Part shown: one piece after another, positions 1 through 9,811 of the stretch
Layout: every line of letters begins with the position of its first letter
How positions within the stretch are numbered: the stretch's first letter is position 1
Source: Parcubacteria group bacterium
Lineage (GTDB): Bacteria > Patescibacteriota > Minisyncoccia > Moranbacterales > UBA11712
Direction of reading: 5' to 3'
Length of the DNA stretch: 64,000 bases
Assembly (NCBI GenBank): GCA_041659065.1
Contig: JBAZYY010000001.1
Location: 274,228 to 338,227 of the forward strand
Made by a program: the position numbers and the translations under genes
The notes under the pieces: model-generated
The model's database searches: none
Seen by the model: the letters and a program-made list of their open reading frames with translations, nothing else
What the model was told of the DNA's origin: nothing

Positions 1-1497
1 AAGGATCGTTTTTGTTCGAACAGCAGCCCGGAATATTTCTTCCAGATCCAGCTCATAGCCGGCTCTTTGATGAATCACGCGTCCCGTGGGGTGGGAAATA
101 ATGTCCACGTGCGAATTTTCCATCGCGCGGACCAATCTTTTGGTCATTTCAGCCTTTGGCATTTTGAAATTCGAATGGATTGAACCCAACACAATATCAA
201 ATTTCGCGAGATACTTGTCAGCAAGCGCGATTGTTCCATCCGGATTGATATCTACTTCGCAACCTTTGAAAATCTTAATGCCTGCCAACTCTTTGTCGAC
301 TTTTTCAATCTCTCGCCATTGCCTTTCGATTGTCTTTACGTCCATTGCGCCCGCGATTTTCAGATGCCCTACGTGATCCGTGATCGCAATATATTTTCTG
401 CCCAGTTTTTTTGCCGCTTCCGCCATTTCCAAGACCGTATGCGCACCGTCCGAATAGGTCGTATGCATCTGGAGGTCCGCTATCACATCTTCATATCCGA
501 CTATATGGGGCAACTCGTGTTTTTGGGCGAGCTCGATTTCTCCCCGGTTCTCGCGCATTTCCGGCGGCATCCAATCCAGCCCCAACTTTTTATATATTTC
601 TTCCTCCGTTTTTCCGGCGATCAGTTTGCCCCGCGAATCAAACAGTCCGTATTCATTTAGCTTCCATCCTTTCTTGATGGCAATTTTTCGGAGTTCAATA
701 TTATGGTCCTTGTTTCCCGTAAAATATTGCATCGCCGCGCCAAAAGATTTTTCAGGAACAACCCGCAAGTCCGCGTCAATCCCGCTATCCAGCCGTACGC
801 TGGTTTTGGTGTCGCCTTTTGCGATAATTTTCTCAACATTCGGCATCGAGGAAAAATATTCCATAACCGCGGATGAGTCCTCGGCCTGAGCCAGGATATC
901 AATGTCGCCGACTGTTTCTTTCCGCCGCCGGAAAGATCCGCAAGTGATGATTTTTTCCGCGCCGGAAACAGAAGCTAGATTGCTTTCCATTTCGTGCGCG
1001 ATAGGGGAGACGTAGCCCAGAAGAAATCTTCCTTGGTGCTCGCGCGAAAGCTCAATGGAACGCAAAATATTCTCTTCCGATTTTTCGCCAAAGCGGGGGA
1101 GAGCGCGTATCTTCCCTGCCCTGGCCGCTTTTTCAAGGTCCTTTATATTTTTTATGCCAAGATTGTCATAAAGCGCCATCAGCATTTTCGGCCCGACACC
1201 TTCAACCGCGGAGAAGCTTTCGAGATCGAGGGGAGCTTCCTTTTTCAGCCCTTCAAACACTTTTATCTTCCCTGTCTTTATATATTCTTCAATGTGTTCA
1301 GCGAGACCCCTTCCTATCCCCTGAATTCCCATCAAGCCTTTCAATCCGTCTTTTTCATAGATTTTTTCAAGGTCATCCTCCATTCCATCGATAAGCCTGG
1401 CAGCCCGCTCATAAGCCCGGGGTCGAAATTTGTCGTTCTTCATCATGTAATACTGAGCCATCTGATTGAATATTTTCGCGATTTTGAGATTTAGCAT
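1..1497 (-). CDS. polX: DNA polymerase X family protein (Pol beta-like + PHP domain), 5' end beyond window start
   Basis: Minus-strand frame is open from 1497 (ATG) to position 1 and reads MLNLKIAKIFNQMAQYY...; it contains HhH/Pol beta-like and PHP (HTTYSDGAHT) motifs. The overlapping plus-strand ORFs are antisense artefacts. Confidence 0.75.
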   Translation of the reverse strand, partial: MLNLKIAKIFNQMAQYYMMKNDKFRPRAYERAARLIDGMEDDLEKIYEKDGLKGLMGIQGIGRGLAEHIEEYIKTGKIKVFEGLKKEAPLDLESFSAVEGVGPKMLMALYDNLGIKNIKDLEKAARAGKIRALPRFGEKSEENILRSIELSREHQGRFLLGYVSPIAHEMESNLASVSGAEKIITCGSFRRRKETVGDIDILAQAEDSSAVMEYFSSMPNVEKIIAKGDTKTSVRLDSGIDADLRVVPEKSFGAAMQYFTGNKDHNIELRKIAIKKGWKLNEYGLFDSRGKLIAGKTEEEIYKKLGLDWMPPEMRENRGEIELAQKHELPHIVGYEDVIADLQMHTTYSDGAHTVLEMAEAAKKLGRKYIAITDHVGHLKIAGAMDVKTIERQWREIEKVDKELAGIKIFKGCEVDINPDGTIALADKYLAKFDIVLGSIHSNFKMPKAEMTKRLVRAMENSHVDIISHPTGRVIHQRAGYELDLEEIFRAAVRTKTIL

Positions 1498-1531
1498 GGT
1501 ATTTTTCTTTATTACAAAATGACTCCCGCTT

Positions 1532-4348
1532 TTATTTACCATTTCCCGCTTTTCTGGCTTCTTCAAAAATAAACACTGTCAATGTTGCGCCGACTACAAC
1601 CATCCAATCCCAAAAATCAATCGGCGCCATATGCAGGCTCTTCTGAAAAAATGGCACATACATGAATGAAATCAACATTCCCACCGAAATGACTATGGCT
1701 CCGATAGCGTATTTATTTTTGAAAAATCCAATTTTGAAAACCGAAAGTTTTTCCGACCTGGCTTGCATCAGGTTTGCCATCTGGGTCATCGCCAGTACCG
1801 CATAGGTTGTCGCGGTAGATTTGATGTAAAGTGCCGAGTTAAAGTCTATTTTTTGTCCGAAATCCCAGCCTCCCCGTTTCATTGACCATAAAAAGGCAAA
1901 AATAGCTCCGACTGTCATGATAAACCCGACGTAAATCAGTCTCAGAAACCCACCCGAACCGATAAGGCGTTCCTTGGGATCAAAAGGCTTCTTTTTCATA
2001 ATTCCCGGTTCAGCCGGCTCCAAACCCAAAGCAAGCGATGGAAAAATATCAGTACCCAAATCAATAGCCAAAATCTGAACTGCCGTGATAGGGGATGGGA
2101 TTGAGAGCAGAGTCCCGAATATCACCGTGAGAAATTCGCTGGAATTCGAAGAGAACACGTAATATATGAATTTTCTTATGTTCTGATAAATAGTCCGTCC
2201 TTCTTTGATACCGGCGACAATTGAGGCGAAGTTGTCATCAAGTAGGATCATGTCCGCGGCTTCCTTGGAAACGTCAGTTCCGATCTTCCCCATCGCGACA
2301 CCGATATCCGCCCGCTTAAGCGCCGGCGCGTCATTTACACCGTCTCCGGTCATCGCTATCACAGCTCCGGATTTTTTTAGGGCGCCGGCAATTCTCAATT
2401 TTTGCTCAGGCGTGATGCGGGCAAAAACAGAAACGCCGTTTCTTATCCTTTTTATAATCTCGCTATCCGACAAGGCATTTAGCGTTCTTCCATTTATAAC
2501 AAAATTATTTTTGTCATTTATGTTTTGGATTTCATTTGAAATTTTATCGGATATTTGGGATTGGGAATTAGTATCCAGTAAACCGACTTGTTTTGCAATT
2601 GCTGCCGCAGTCACTTCATAGTCTCCCGTGATCATAATTACTTTTATGCCGGATTCTTGACACTCCCTTATCGCCTTGGCGACATCCGATCTTGGAGGAT
2701 CGATCATAGCCATCATTCCGACCCAGATTAAATCTTTCTCGGCATCACCGATTGAAATTTTTTGCGAGCCTGTCTTATCAAGGCTGGAAATTTTGACAGG
2801 CCGATAGGCGAAAGCTAAAACTCGAAGCGCCTCAGCCGACATTCGGTCATAAATTTCTTTTATTTTCTTTTTTTCGCCATCAGAGAAGGGGACTATCCCC
2901 TTTTCAGTTAATTTTTTGGGGGAGAGGCCCAGCAGCGCGTCCGGCGAGCCTTTAACAAAGGAAAACAGCCCTTTTTTGCCGGCTTGCTTATTTTCAAAAA
3001 CAACGCTCATGCGCATCCTTTCAGATTCGAAGGGATTTTCATCAATCTTGGTCTCCCCTGTTTCGTAAAATTTTTCGTCAGAATTATATTTTCTGGCCGC
3101 CACAACCAGCGCTCCCTCCGTGGGGTCGCCGATAATCTTATAGTTTTCACCCTCTTTTACTAAACTCGCGTCGTTGCAGAGCGCCCCGATCTTAAGAATA
3201 AAATCAAGATTCATTATATCTTTCGGATCTGCCGGCGCCCCCTGCAATAAAAATTTGCCAACCGGGCTATACCCTTCTCCGCTTACTTCAATTTCTTTTT
3301 CATCTAAAATAATTTTCGTTACCATGAGCTCGTTTTTTGTGATCGTCCCGGTCTTATCTGTGCAAACTATGTTCACCGAGCCTAAGGTCTCAACTGCGAT
3401 TAATTTTTTTACGAGCACCTTGACCTTTAATAATTTTTTCATTCCCAGCGAAAGAGCAATGGAAAGCGCGGCCGGTAGCCCTTCCGGCACCACTGAAACG
3501 GCCACGGCCAGGGCAAAAAGGAAATTTTGATACCATGACAGCTTATGAAACCCTCCTGCCACCACCACCGCAAGCGCGATTAAAGCCGCGAGAATCGAAA
3601 CGTCTCTGCCAAGTGTCCGCATTTTTTTCTGGAGCGGAGTAAGTTCATCCGTAATCTCCGTAGCAAGCTGGGCGATCTTGCCAAGTTCCGTCCTCATTCC
3701 CGTTCCTGTTACGATAAATTTTGCCTCCCCCATTGTTATCTGTTCCCCTGTGAAAACCATATTGCTGATATCCGCAATCGGCAAATTTTTTTCAGCGCAA
3801 ATTTCAGCCCCTTTTTTTTCGGGCTTTGATTCCCCCGTGAAAATAAAGCTATTCGTGTGAAAGTTGTAGCTTTCAACGATGTACCCGTCTGCCGGCACGC
3901 TATCCCCACTAGCAACAAAAACGATATCCCCTGGCACGATTTTTGAAGCTTCGATTTCATATTTTCTTCCATTTCGGAAAACAGTCGCTTTATCCGACGC
4001 CAAATTTTGTATCCGATCCATGATTCTTTCCGCCTTCCATTCCTGCGTGAATCCAATAATCGCGTTTAAAAAAACGATAATCAAAATTATCGTAACATCG
4101 CGATATTCTCCGAATAAAAGCGCCAGAATCGCCGCGACTAAAAGAATCCACACTAAGGCGTCGTTAAATTGATGCCCGGCTAATTTAGCCCAGCGCCATC
4201 TTTGTTTTTTTTCAATCCTGTTCGGACCGTATTCTTTTAACCTTTCACCGGCTTCCTTATCCAAAAGGCCATCCAGGCTGGTAGAAAATTTTCGAAATAT
4301 CTCTTTTGGAGAAAGATTGTATATATTTTGCTTCGCTTGCGCGGCCAT
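1532..4348 (-). CDS. P-type (E1-E2) cation-transporting ATPase, P2/Ca2+-ATPase-like
   Basis: Carries the CTDKTGTITKNELMV phosphorylation motif and the GDGVNDAPALKRADIGVAMG hinge, with 10 TM-like segments. The probable start is MAAQAKQ at 4348; the ORF extends to 4414. Confidence 0.85.
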   Translation of the reverse strand: MAAQAKQNIYNLSPKEIFRKFSTSLDGLLDKEAGERLKEYGPNRIEKKQRWRWAKLAGHQFNDALVWILLVAAILALLFGEYRDVTIILIIVFLNAIIGFTQEWKAERIMDRIQNLASDKATVFRNGRKYEIEASKIVPGDIVFVASGDSVPADGYIVESYNFHTNSFIFTGESKPEKKGAEICAEKNLPIADISNMVFTGEQITMGEAKFIVTGTGMRTELGKIAQLATEITDELTPLQKKMRTLGRDVSILAALIALAVVVAGGFHKLSWYQNFLFALAVAVSVVPEGLPAALSIALSLGMKKLLKVKVLVKKLIAVETLGSVNIVCTDKTGTITKNELMVTKIILDEKEIEVSGEGYSPVGKFLLQGAPADPKDIMNLDFILKIGALCNDASLVKEGENYKIIGDPTEGALVVAARKYNSDEKFYETGETKIDENPFESERMRMSVVFENKQAGKKGLFSFVKGSPDALLGLSPKKLTEKGIVPFSDGEKKKIKEIYDRMSAEALRVLAFAYRPVKISSLDKTGSQKISIGDAEKDLIWVGMMAMIDPPRSDVAKAIRECQESGIKVIMITGDYEVTAAAIAKQVGLLDTNSQSQISDKISNEIQNINDKNNFVINGRTLNALSDSEIIKRIRNGVSVFARITPEQKLRIAGALKKSGAVIAMTGDGVNDAPALKRADIGVAMGKIGTDVSKEAADMILLDDNFASIVAGIKEGRTIYQNIRKFIYYVFSSNSSEFLTVIFGTLLSIPSPITAVQILAIDLGTDIFPSLALGLEPAEPGIMKKKPFDPKERLIGSGGFLRLIYVGFIMTVGAIFAFLWSMKRGGWDFGQKIDFNSALYIKSTATTYAVLAMTQMANLMQARSEKLSVFKIGFFKNKYAIGAIVISVGMLISFMYVPFFQKSLHMAPIDFWDWMVVVGATLTVFIFEEARKAGNGK

Positions 4349-4448
4349 ATCTGAATTATAGCCCAAACAAAGCCTAAAACAAAATCTAGGGCGAATAATC
4401 ATCGCCCTAGACAACTCAATAAAATATAGCTTGCCTGTTTGCCTTATC

Positions 4449-5729
4449 TTACTGTCTTGCTTCCAGCGTTATCTGGACCGTTTTTGTGTCTCCCTTGTGC
4501 CAAATGGTAAGCGTAACGGTGTCACCAACATTGTATTGCCCCAAAAGGCTTGCGAGCGAATGGTCGACATTAACCTTCACTCCGTTCACCTCAAGAATGA
4601 TGTCGTTTTCAACAATTCCCGCTTTATCCGCCGGGCTTCCGGGAATAACGGCGAAGTCCGTCACGGTCTGGCCGCGAACGACCAACGCGCCGTAATCAAA
4701 AGGCAGATTATTGTCTTTCTGGATTTGCTGATCAATAGGCATATAACGCACGCCGATATAAGGCTGGGTAATTTTCCCTTGGCTGTTCACGCTTTCAATG
4801 TCTTTTTTCACTAGGTTGACTGGAAGCGCAAAACCGATGTTTTCCGCGCCCTGCGCCATAGCTACATTGACCCCAATGACTTTTCCTTGGATGTCGAGAA
4901 GAGGTCCGCCTGAATTGCCGGGGTTAATTGCCGCATCCGTCTGAATAACTTGGCTTAGCTGTTCAGATTGGCCGAATCCGGAACCCGCCGAGACATTTCG
5001 CTTCAACCCCGAGATCACACCCTTACTTACCGTATTTCTGAATTCTCCCAACGAATTTCCGATCGCTATTACAGTTTGGCCGATTTGTAAATTTGAAGAA
5101 TCACCCAACTCCAAAACGGGCAGATTAGCCGCGTCTATTTTCAAAACACCTAAATCATTCGCGGGATCGATTGCCTGAACTTTTGCGTCATATTTTTTCC
5201 CATCGCTTGTCATCACGGTATAGTCGGCATTTTGATCGGATATAACGTGTTTATTGGTCACCACTAAACCGTCGCTCGAAACAATAAATCCCGACCCAGC
5301 TCCGACTTCCTGCTTTTGACTTCCGTTACTCCCTTGTCCTTGATTTTGACTCGGCGCTTGCTGCTGAAAGCCGAATGGATCAAAAAAAGGATCGGAAAAA
5401 AAGTCCGTCGCTTGCGGCACGTTCTTGGAAATGATAATGCTCACCACCGCCGGGGAATCCTTTTTTACCGCCTGGATTACCGCTGATTCTTCGTCAGGAA
5501 CACTTATGGTCTGAGTATTGGATTTGCTACTGGAAGAGGATCCTTTATTTTTGAAACCGGGAATTACACTTTCGATTTTCGGCAAAATCTTACTTTGACT
5601 CAAGCCTGCCGCCATAAACCCAAATAATGCTCCAAAAAAAGAAGAAAGGAGAAGGGAAACCAAAACTACAATGACAATTATCTTGTTAATATCACTCTTC
5701 GGCTTATTATTATTTTCGTTTTCACTCAT
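4449..5729 (-). CDS. htrA: HtrA/DegP-family serine protease with PDZ domain
   Basis: Has an N-terminal TM segment, the trypsin-like GNSGGPLLD motif and a C-terminal PDZ domain. Confidence 0.85.
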   Translation of the reverse strand: MSENENNNKPKSDINKIIVIVVLVSLLLSSFFGALFGFMAAGLSQSKILPKIESVIPGFKNKGSSSSSKSNTQTISVPDEESAVIQAVKKDSPAVVSIIISKNVPQATDFFSDPFFDPFGFQQQAPSQNQGQGSNGSQKQEVGAGSGFIVSSDGLVVTNKHVISDQNADYTVMTSDGKKYDAKVQAIDPANDLGVLKIDAANLPVLELGDSSNLQIGQTVIAIGNSLGEFRNTVSKGVISGLKRNVSAGSGFGQSEQLSQVIQTDAAINPGNSGGPLLDIQGKVIGVNVAMAQGAENIGFALPVNLVKKDIESVNSQGKITQPYIGVRYMPIDQQIQKDNNLPFDYGALVVRGQTVTDFAVIPGSPADKAGIVENDIILEVNGVKVNVDHSLASLLGQYNVGDTVTLTIWHKGDTKTVQITLEARQ

Positions 5730-5796
5730 CGATAAAATTGCTGTCCACTAATCATAGTCGATATCAATGGTTAATGGCCAATACTATATTAACTTA

Positions 5797-6027
5797 TTAT
5801 TTTTCGAGGGAGATCGCATTTACGGGGCAGCTACTCACGACCTCAGCACAATCACAGTCGCCGCAATCCTCCGCGATGACATGCGATTTTCCATCTTCAA
5901 TTTTAAATGCTTTTGGGCAAAGAGCTTCGCATGTCCCGCATCCAATGCAAAGTTCTTCATCTACTTTGGGTTTTGCCATATTTTTCTTACGCTTATTTAT
6001 TACGCTATTATTGAAATATTTTTTCAA
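5797..6027 (-). CDS. 4Fe-4S ferredoxin
   Basis: Contains CIGCGTCEALCP and CGDCDCAEVVSSCP cluster motifs; sits immediately downstream of porB. Confidence 0.75.
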   Translation of the reverse strand: MKKYFNNSVINKRKKNMAKPKVDEELCIGCGTCEALCPKAFKIEDGKSHVIAEDCGDCDCAEVVSSCPVNAISLEK

Positions 6028-6037
6028 GACTCGGCTT

Positions 6038-6949
6038 TTATACCTCCGCTAAATTCACCAGTTCTTCCCAATTATTGCGTATTTCCTTTTGAATTTCCTT
6101 AATTACTTCCTCGTTTCCTGGTTTGAATAAATGTTTGAACCGGCCCTGTGTTTTGATAAATTCCTCAATCGGTTTCGGATTCTCAGTTGCCCAATTTATC
6201 TTATATTTGCCATTTTCGTATTCATAAAGCGGCCAAAAATTTGTTTCAGTCGCGAGCTTCCCTATTCGCACATATTCGGACGTGGGATATTTCCAAAGAT
6301 TCGTGCAAGGCTGAAGAACCAGCAAAAAACTTGGCCCTTCCGCCTCAAATGCTTTTTTCGCTTTCATTTCAAGGTCACGAAGATAGGCGGCATTCGATTG
6401 CGCCGCATAGCGGATATGGTGAGCAATCACGATCGACATCAAGTCTTTTCTTTTTTCCCCTTTTCCAAAACTGATTCTCCCGGCCGGAGTGGTTTCCGTG
6501 TCCGCGCCATAGGGCGTTGCGCCGCTCCTCTGCCCTCCAGTATTCATATAACCCTCATTATCATAACAAACATAGAGAAACTGATGCCCGCGCTCCAGCG
6601 CTCCGGAAAGACTTTGCAGCCCGATATCGTAGGTTCCACCGTCTCCGCCGAATGCAACGAATTTTATTTTTTTCCTTTTCGGAATTTTCCCGCGCTTTAC
6701 CAGTGCCTTGTAGGCTGTTTCCACGCCGGAAGCAGTCGCTCCGGCATTTTCAAACGCATTGTGGATAAAAGGCACCTTCCAGGATGAATATGGATATAGG
6801 GTCGAGGTTACCTCAAGGCAGCCCGTTGCGTTGATAACGACCACGGGATCATCCGTCGCGCCCAGCACTGTTCGCACAATTGCTGGAATTCCGCAGCCCG
6901 CGCAGGTGGAATGTCCGGGAGCAAATTTATTGGTTAGATTTTTGTTCAT
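6038..6949 (-). CDS. porB: pyruvate:ferredoxin oxidoreductase beta subunit (TPP-binding)
   Basis: Has the TPP-binding GDGG motif and the conserved GCLEV N-terminal region; position is consistent with the por operon order. Confidence 0.85.
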   Translation of the reverse strand: MNKNLTNKFAPGHSTCAGCGIPAIVRTVLGATDDPVVVINATGCLEVTSTLYPYSSWKVPFIHNAFENAGATASGVETAYKALVKRGKIPKRKKIKFVAFGGDGGTYDIGLQSLSGALERGHQFLYVCYDNEGYMNTGGQRSGATPYGADTETTPAGRISFGKGEKRKDLMSIVIAHHIRYAAQSNAAYLRDLEMKAKKAFEAEGPSFLLVLQPCTNLWKYPTSEYVRIGKLATETNFWPLYEYENGKYKINWATENPKPIEEFIKTQGRFKHLFKPGNEEVIKEIQKEIRNNWEELVNLAEV

Positions 6950-8113
6950 TTATTTAAGTCCGATATATTTTACTTTTTCCTTGCTCGTAACCTTTAGATC
7001 TTCATAAACTTTTTTAATGTCTTTTGCGAATATTTCTCTTCCGCCCAAGCCATAAATATAAGAATGAATTGAGAATGGAGAACTGAGAATTGAGAATAGG
7101 CTATTTACTATTTCGCCATAGAGGGGCGCTACGCTTCCAAATGAAATTGAGCGGTCAAGAACAGCAATGCTTTTCGCCTTTTTTAAGGCATCCCCTATTT
7201 TTTCAAAAGGAAATGGCCTGAACAATTTTACTTTTAGCAAGCCCACCTTCTCTCCTTGCTCCCTTAGTTCATCCACAACAACTTTCACCGTTCCAGCCGT
7301 GGAACCCATTACGACGACAACTCTGTCCGCGTCCTCCAGCCGGTAACCTTCAAAATAATCATGCGCTCTTCCACTGATCTTCTGAAATTCCGCCGCAACT
7401 TCTCCATAATTCATCAGAGATTCTTTCATCGCTTCCGCTTCTTGGCGCTTAAACTCAAAAAAGGAATTCTGGAGACTGACAGGCCCGAAAATAACCGGAT
7501 TATCAGTATCCAACAAAAATTGTTCCGGACTATACTCACCGATATATTTTTTAATTTCAGCGGTCTCGATAATCTCGAGATTTTCTACGCTGTGCGAAGT
7601 TATAAAGCCATCCATAATAACCATGGCGGGAAGCCGGCTTTTTTCCGCGAGCTTCAGGGCGATAAACATATTATCGTAAACTTCCTGCGCGTTTTCAGAA
7701 AATATTTGGATCCAACCCAAATCGCGGACCGCCATAACATCTTCGTGATCCCCATGGATGTTTATCGGGCCTGAAATAGCCCGCGCGCTTACTGCCATAA
7801 GAACCGGCAAGCGCGAACCGGAAACAATCGGCAATACCTCACTCATAAGCATAATCCCCTGCGAGCTGGACGCGGTTACTGTTCGCGCCCCGGCCGCCTG
7901 AGATCCCATTGCCGCGCTCATGGCGCTATGTTCTGATTCCACCTGAATTATTTCCGTATCGGCTTCTCCATCAGCTACAAACTTGGCAAAAGTTTCAATG
8001 ATCGGCGTTTGCGGCGTAATGGGATAAACCGGCATCACATCCGGATTGATCTGCTTCAAGGCTTCCGCCGCCGCAGCCCCACCAGTAAGAGCAATTTTTT
8101 TAAAATTATTCAT
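6950..8113 (-). CDS. porA: pyruvate:ferredoxin oxidoreductase alpha subunit
   Basis: Resembles the PorA/VorA family. The ORF runs to 8152, but the probable start is MNNFKKIALTGG at 8113. Confidence 0.8.
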   Translation of the reverse strand: MNNFKKIALTGGAAAAEALKQINPDVMPVYPITPQTPIIETFAKFVADGEADTEIIQVESEHSAMSAAMGSQAAGARTVTASSSQGIMLMSEVLPIVSGSRLPVLMAVSARAISGPINIHGDHEDVMAVRDLGWIQIFSENAQEVYDNMFIALKLAEKSRLPAMVIMDGFITSHSVENLEIIETAEIKKYIGEYSPEQFLLDTDNPVIFGPVSLQNSFFEFKRQEAEAMKESLMNYGEVAAEFQKISGRAHDYFEGYRLEDADRVVVVMGSTAGTVKVVVDELREQGEKVGLLKVKLFRPFPFEKIGDALKKAKSIAVLDRSISFGSVAPLYGEIVNSLFSILSSPFSIHSYIYGLGGREIFAKDIKKVYEDLKVTSKEKVKYIGLK

Positions 8114-8126
8114 GATATAAAAAATT

Positions 8127-8822
8127 TTACAGTCTCCTAGAAAAATCAACAAAGTCTAATATGTTATTTGCCAGATCAGTGAATGTTATCTTGATTTTTT
8201 TCTCCCTATGATCGATAAGCACCTTATAATTCATCATGCCAGGATTAATATTATAACCAAACACTTCTGAGAGATGATTACACACTTCATCAACATAATC
8301 AGATATTTTCCATCTTCCACTAATTTCCGACATGTTTTCGTTAAAATTTTTTCCCGGAATCCAGCTTCTTATCCATGAGCCAACCTGGTTATTTTTTTCA
8401 ATTAAGATACCGCATTGAGAAACAGAAAATTCTGGCGAATATTCCATTTTTTCAATTTTTATTTTTTTATTTAGGGGATTAATATTTTTGACTAGATATT
8501 TTTGTACGTCTCTCATGACCTCGTAATATTCTTTCAGAACAGGAACTAAGTCCTTCTTCTTTTTTAACCTTCGTTCTAGATTGTCATAAACTTTTACAAG
8601 CTGGGTTCGATCTTCAAAACCCTCCAGTTTCACCAGATAAACCGTCGAATCCTTTCCCGCATTTAAACTGTGGGTGCTAGAAATTTTATCTCTGAATCCC
8701 TCCAAGTATTTCTCGGCTTCAGATGACATGCTAAATTGCATTCCCTTCTGAGATGCTAACTGCATTTCTGGAATCTTCTTTTCTAACTCGGAATAAATTA
8801 AACTTTTTTTTCTTTCAATCAT
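8127..8822 (-). CDS. hypothetical protein inserted between porD and porA
   Basis: The ORF extends to 8987 and overlaps porD. The start is placed at MIERKK (8822), 10 nt after the porD stop. No motif recognised. Confidence 0.4.
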   Translation of the reverse strand: MIERKKSLIYSELEKKIPEMQLASQKGMQFSMSSEAEKYLEGFRDKISSTHSLNAGKDSTVYLVKLEGFEDRTQLVKVYDNLERRLKKKKDLVPVLKEYYEVMRDVQKYLVKNINPLNKKIKIEKMEYSPEFSVSQCGILIEKNNQVGSWIRSWIPGKNFNENMSEISGRWKISDYVDEVCNHLSEVFGYNINPGMMNYKVLIDHREKKIKITFTDLANNILDFVDFSRRL

Positions 8823-8832
8823 GCACGGAGCA

Positions 8833-9105
8833 TTATGTATTTTTTCCCATTCTAATTGCTTTTTTGGGACAAACTGTCGCGCAAACTCCGCAGCCTTTGC
8901 AAAAATCATAATCAATATCCGCTTTTCGTTCAGAATCGTAATCAATTGCGGCTTCGGGGCAGAAAGGCATGCACTGCCCGCATCCAATGCAGGATTTTTT
9001 GTCGACGGTTGGCTTCATATATCTCCAATTGCCCGTAATCGGCGCTTTTTTGATATCATGCTTAATCACTGCGCCTTCTTCAATTGTTTTCCATTCCTCG
9101 CTCAT
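8833..9105 (-). CDS. porD: pyruvate:ferredoxin oxidoreductase delta subunit (2x[4Fe-4S])
   Basis: Contains CIGCGQCMPFCP and CKGCGVCATVCP motifs in a 90-aa protein. Confidence 0.85.
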   Translation of the reverse strand: MSEEWKTIEEGAVIKHDIKKAPITGNWRYMKPTVDKKSCIGCGQCMPFCPEAAIDYDSERKADIDYDFCKGCGVCATVCPKKAIRMGKNT

Positions 9106-9151
9106 AATTTTGCTTATTGTTTCAGATTTCTAATCATCGATCTTCGGAAGA

Positions 9152-9721
9152 CTAATAGCTATCGTAGGCTTTTTCAATCGCTGAAATATTTTTTTCTGTT
9201 TTTTCTGATCCTATTTTTTCCGCGTATTTTTCCCGAAACGAGTCCGTCAAACTCTCGAGTTTCACAATCTCTGAGATCTTTATGATTTTTCCCAGTATCG
9301 CTGTATTCGGCCTAGGCTCGCCAATAATTTCCATCGAGAGACCCGTCGCATCTATCGGATAAATATTTCCGACGTAGCCCGTCTTTTGCGAAATTGTACC
9401 TCTATCTTGAGTCGTGTTGACTATGAGAGTTTCATTTTCATCGAGATTATTGGAAACATTCGCGATTCCAAGCAATGTTTCATCGAGAACGGCCACCATA
9501 TCCGGATCTACCACCGGTTCGTGGGTGCGGATTGGCTCATCGGAAATCCTAACATAAGTACGCACAGGCGCACCGCTTCTTTCGGGACCAAAGTCCGGAA
9601 ACGCTTGTACAAATTTTCCTTCCGCGAGCGCCGCCTGCGCTAAAAGCTCAGCAGCAGTCTTGGCTCCTTGTCCGCCTCGAGCGTGAAAAATAATTTCAAA
9701 AATTTTTTTCCCAATTTTCAT
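9152..9721 (-). CDS. porC: pyruvate:ferredoxin oxidoreductase gamma subunit
   Basis: Has the HARGGQGAKTAAELLA motif. The ORF runs to 9796, but the probable start is MKIGKK at 9721. Confidence 0.8.
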   Translation of the reverse strand: MKIGKKIFEIIFHARGGQGAKTAAELLAQAALAEGKFVQAFPDFGPERSGAPVRTYVRISDEPIRTHEPVVDPDMVAVLDETLLGIANVSNNLDENETLIVNTTQDRGTISQKTGYVGNIYPIDATGLSMEIIGEPRPNTAILGKIIKISEIVKLESLTDSFREKYAEKIGSEKTEKNISAIEKAYDSY

Positions 9722-9811
9722 AAAAATATTATAGCATAGAAGTACAATTACAAAAAGAAATCGGGCGATTAAACCCGATTTCCCAAAAACTCTCAAATCT
9801 CTATCTTAACT

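Noticed and set aside
86-1494. Several plus-strand ORFs (96-166 aa) at the window start
   Set aside because: They are antisense to a continuous minus-strand PolX reading frame with clear Pol beta/PHP motifs. The ORF track lacks PolX only because the gene runs off the window edge.
7060-7100. GAATTGAGAATGGAGAACTGAGAATTGAGAATAGG repeat-like stretch
   Set aside because: It lies in-frame within porA coding sequence (a low-complexity SILNSQFSIHSY segment), not an independent repeat element.
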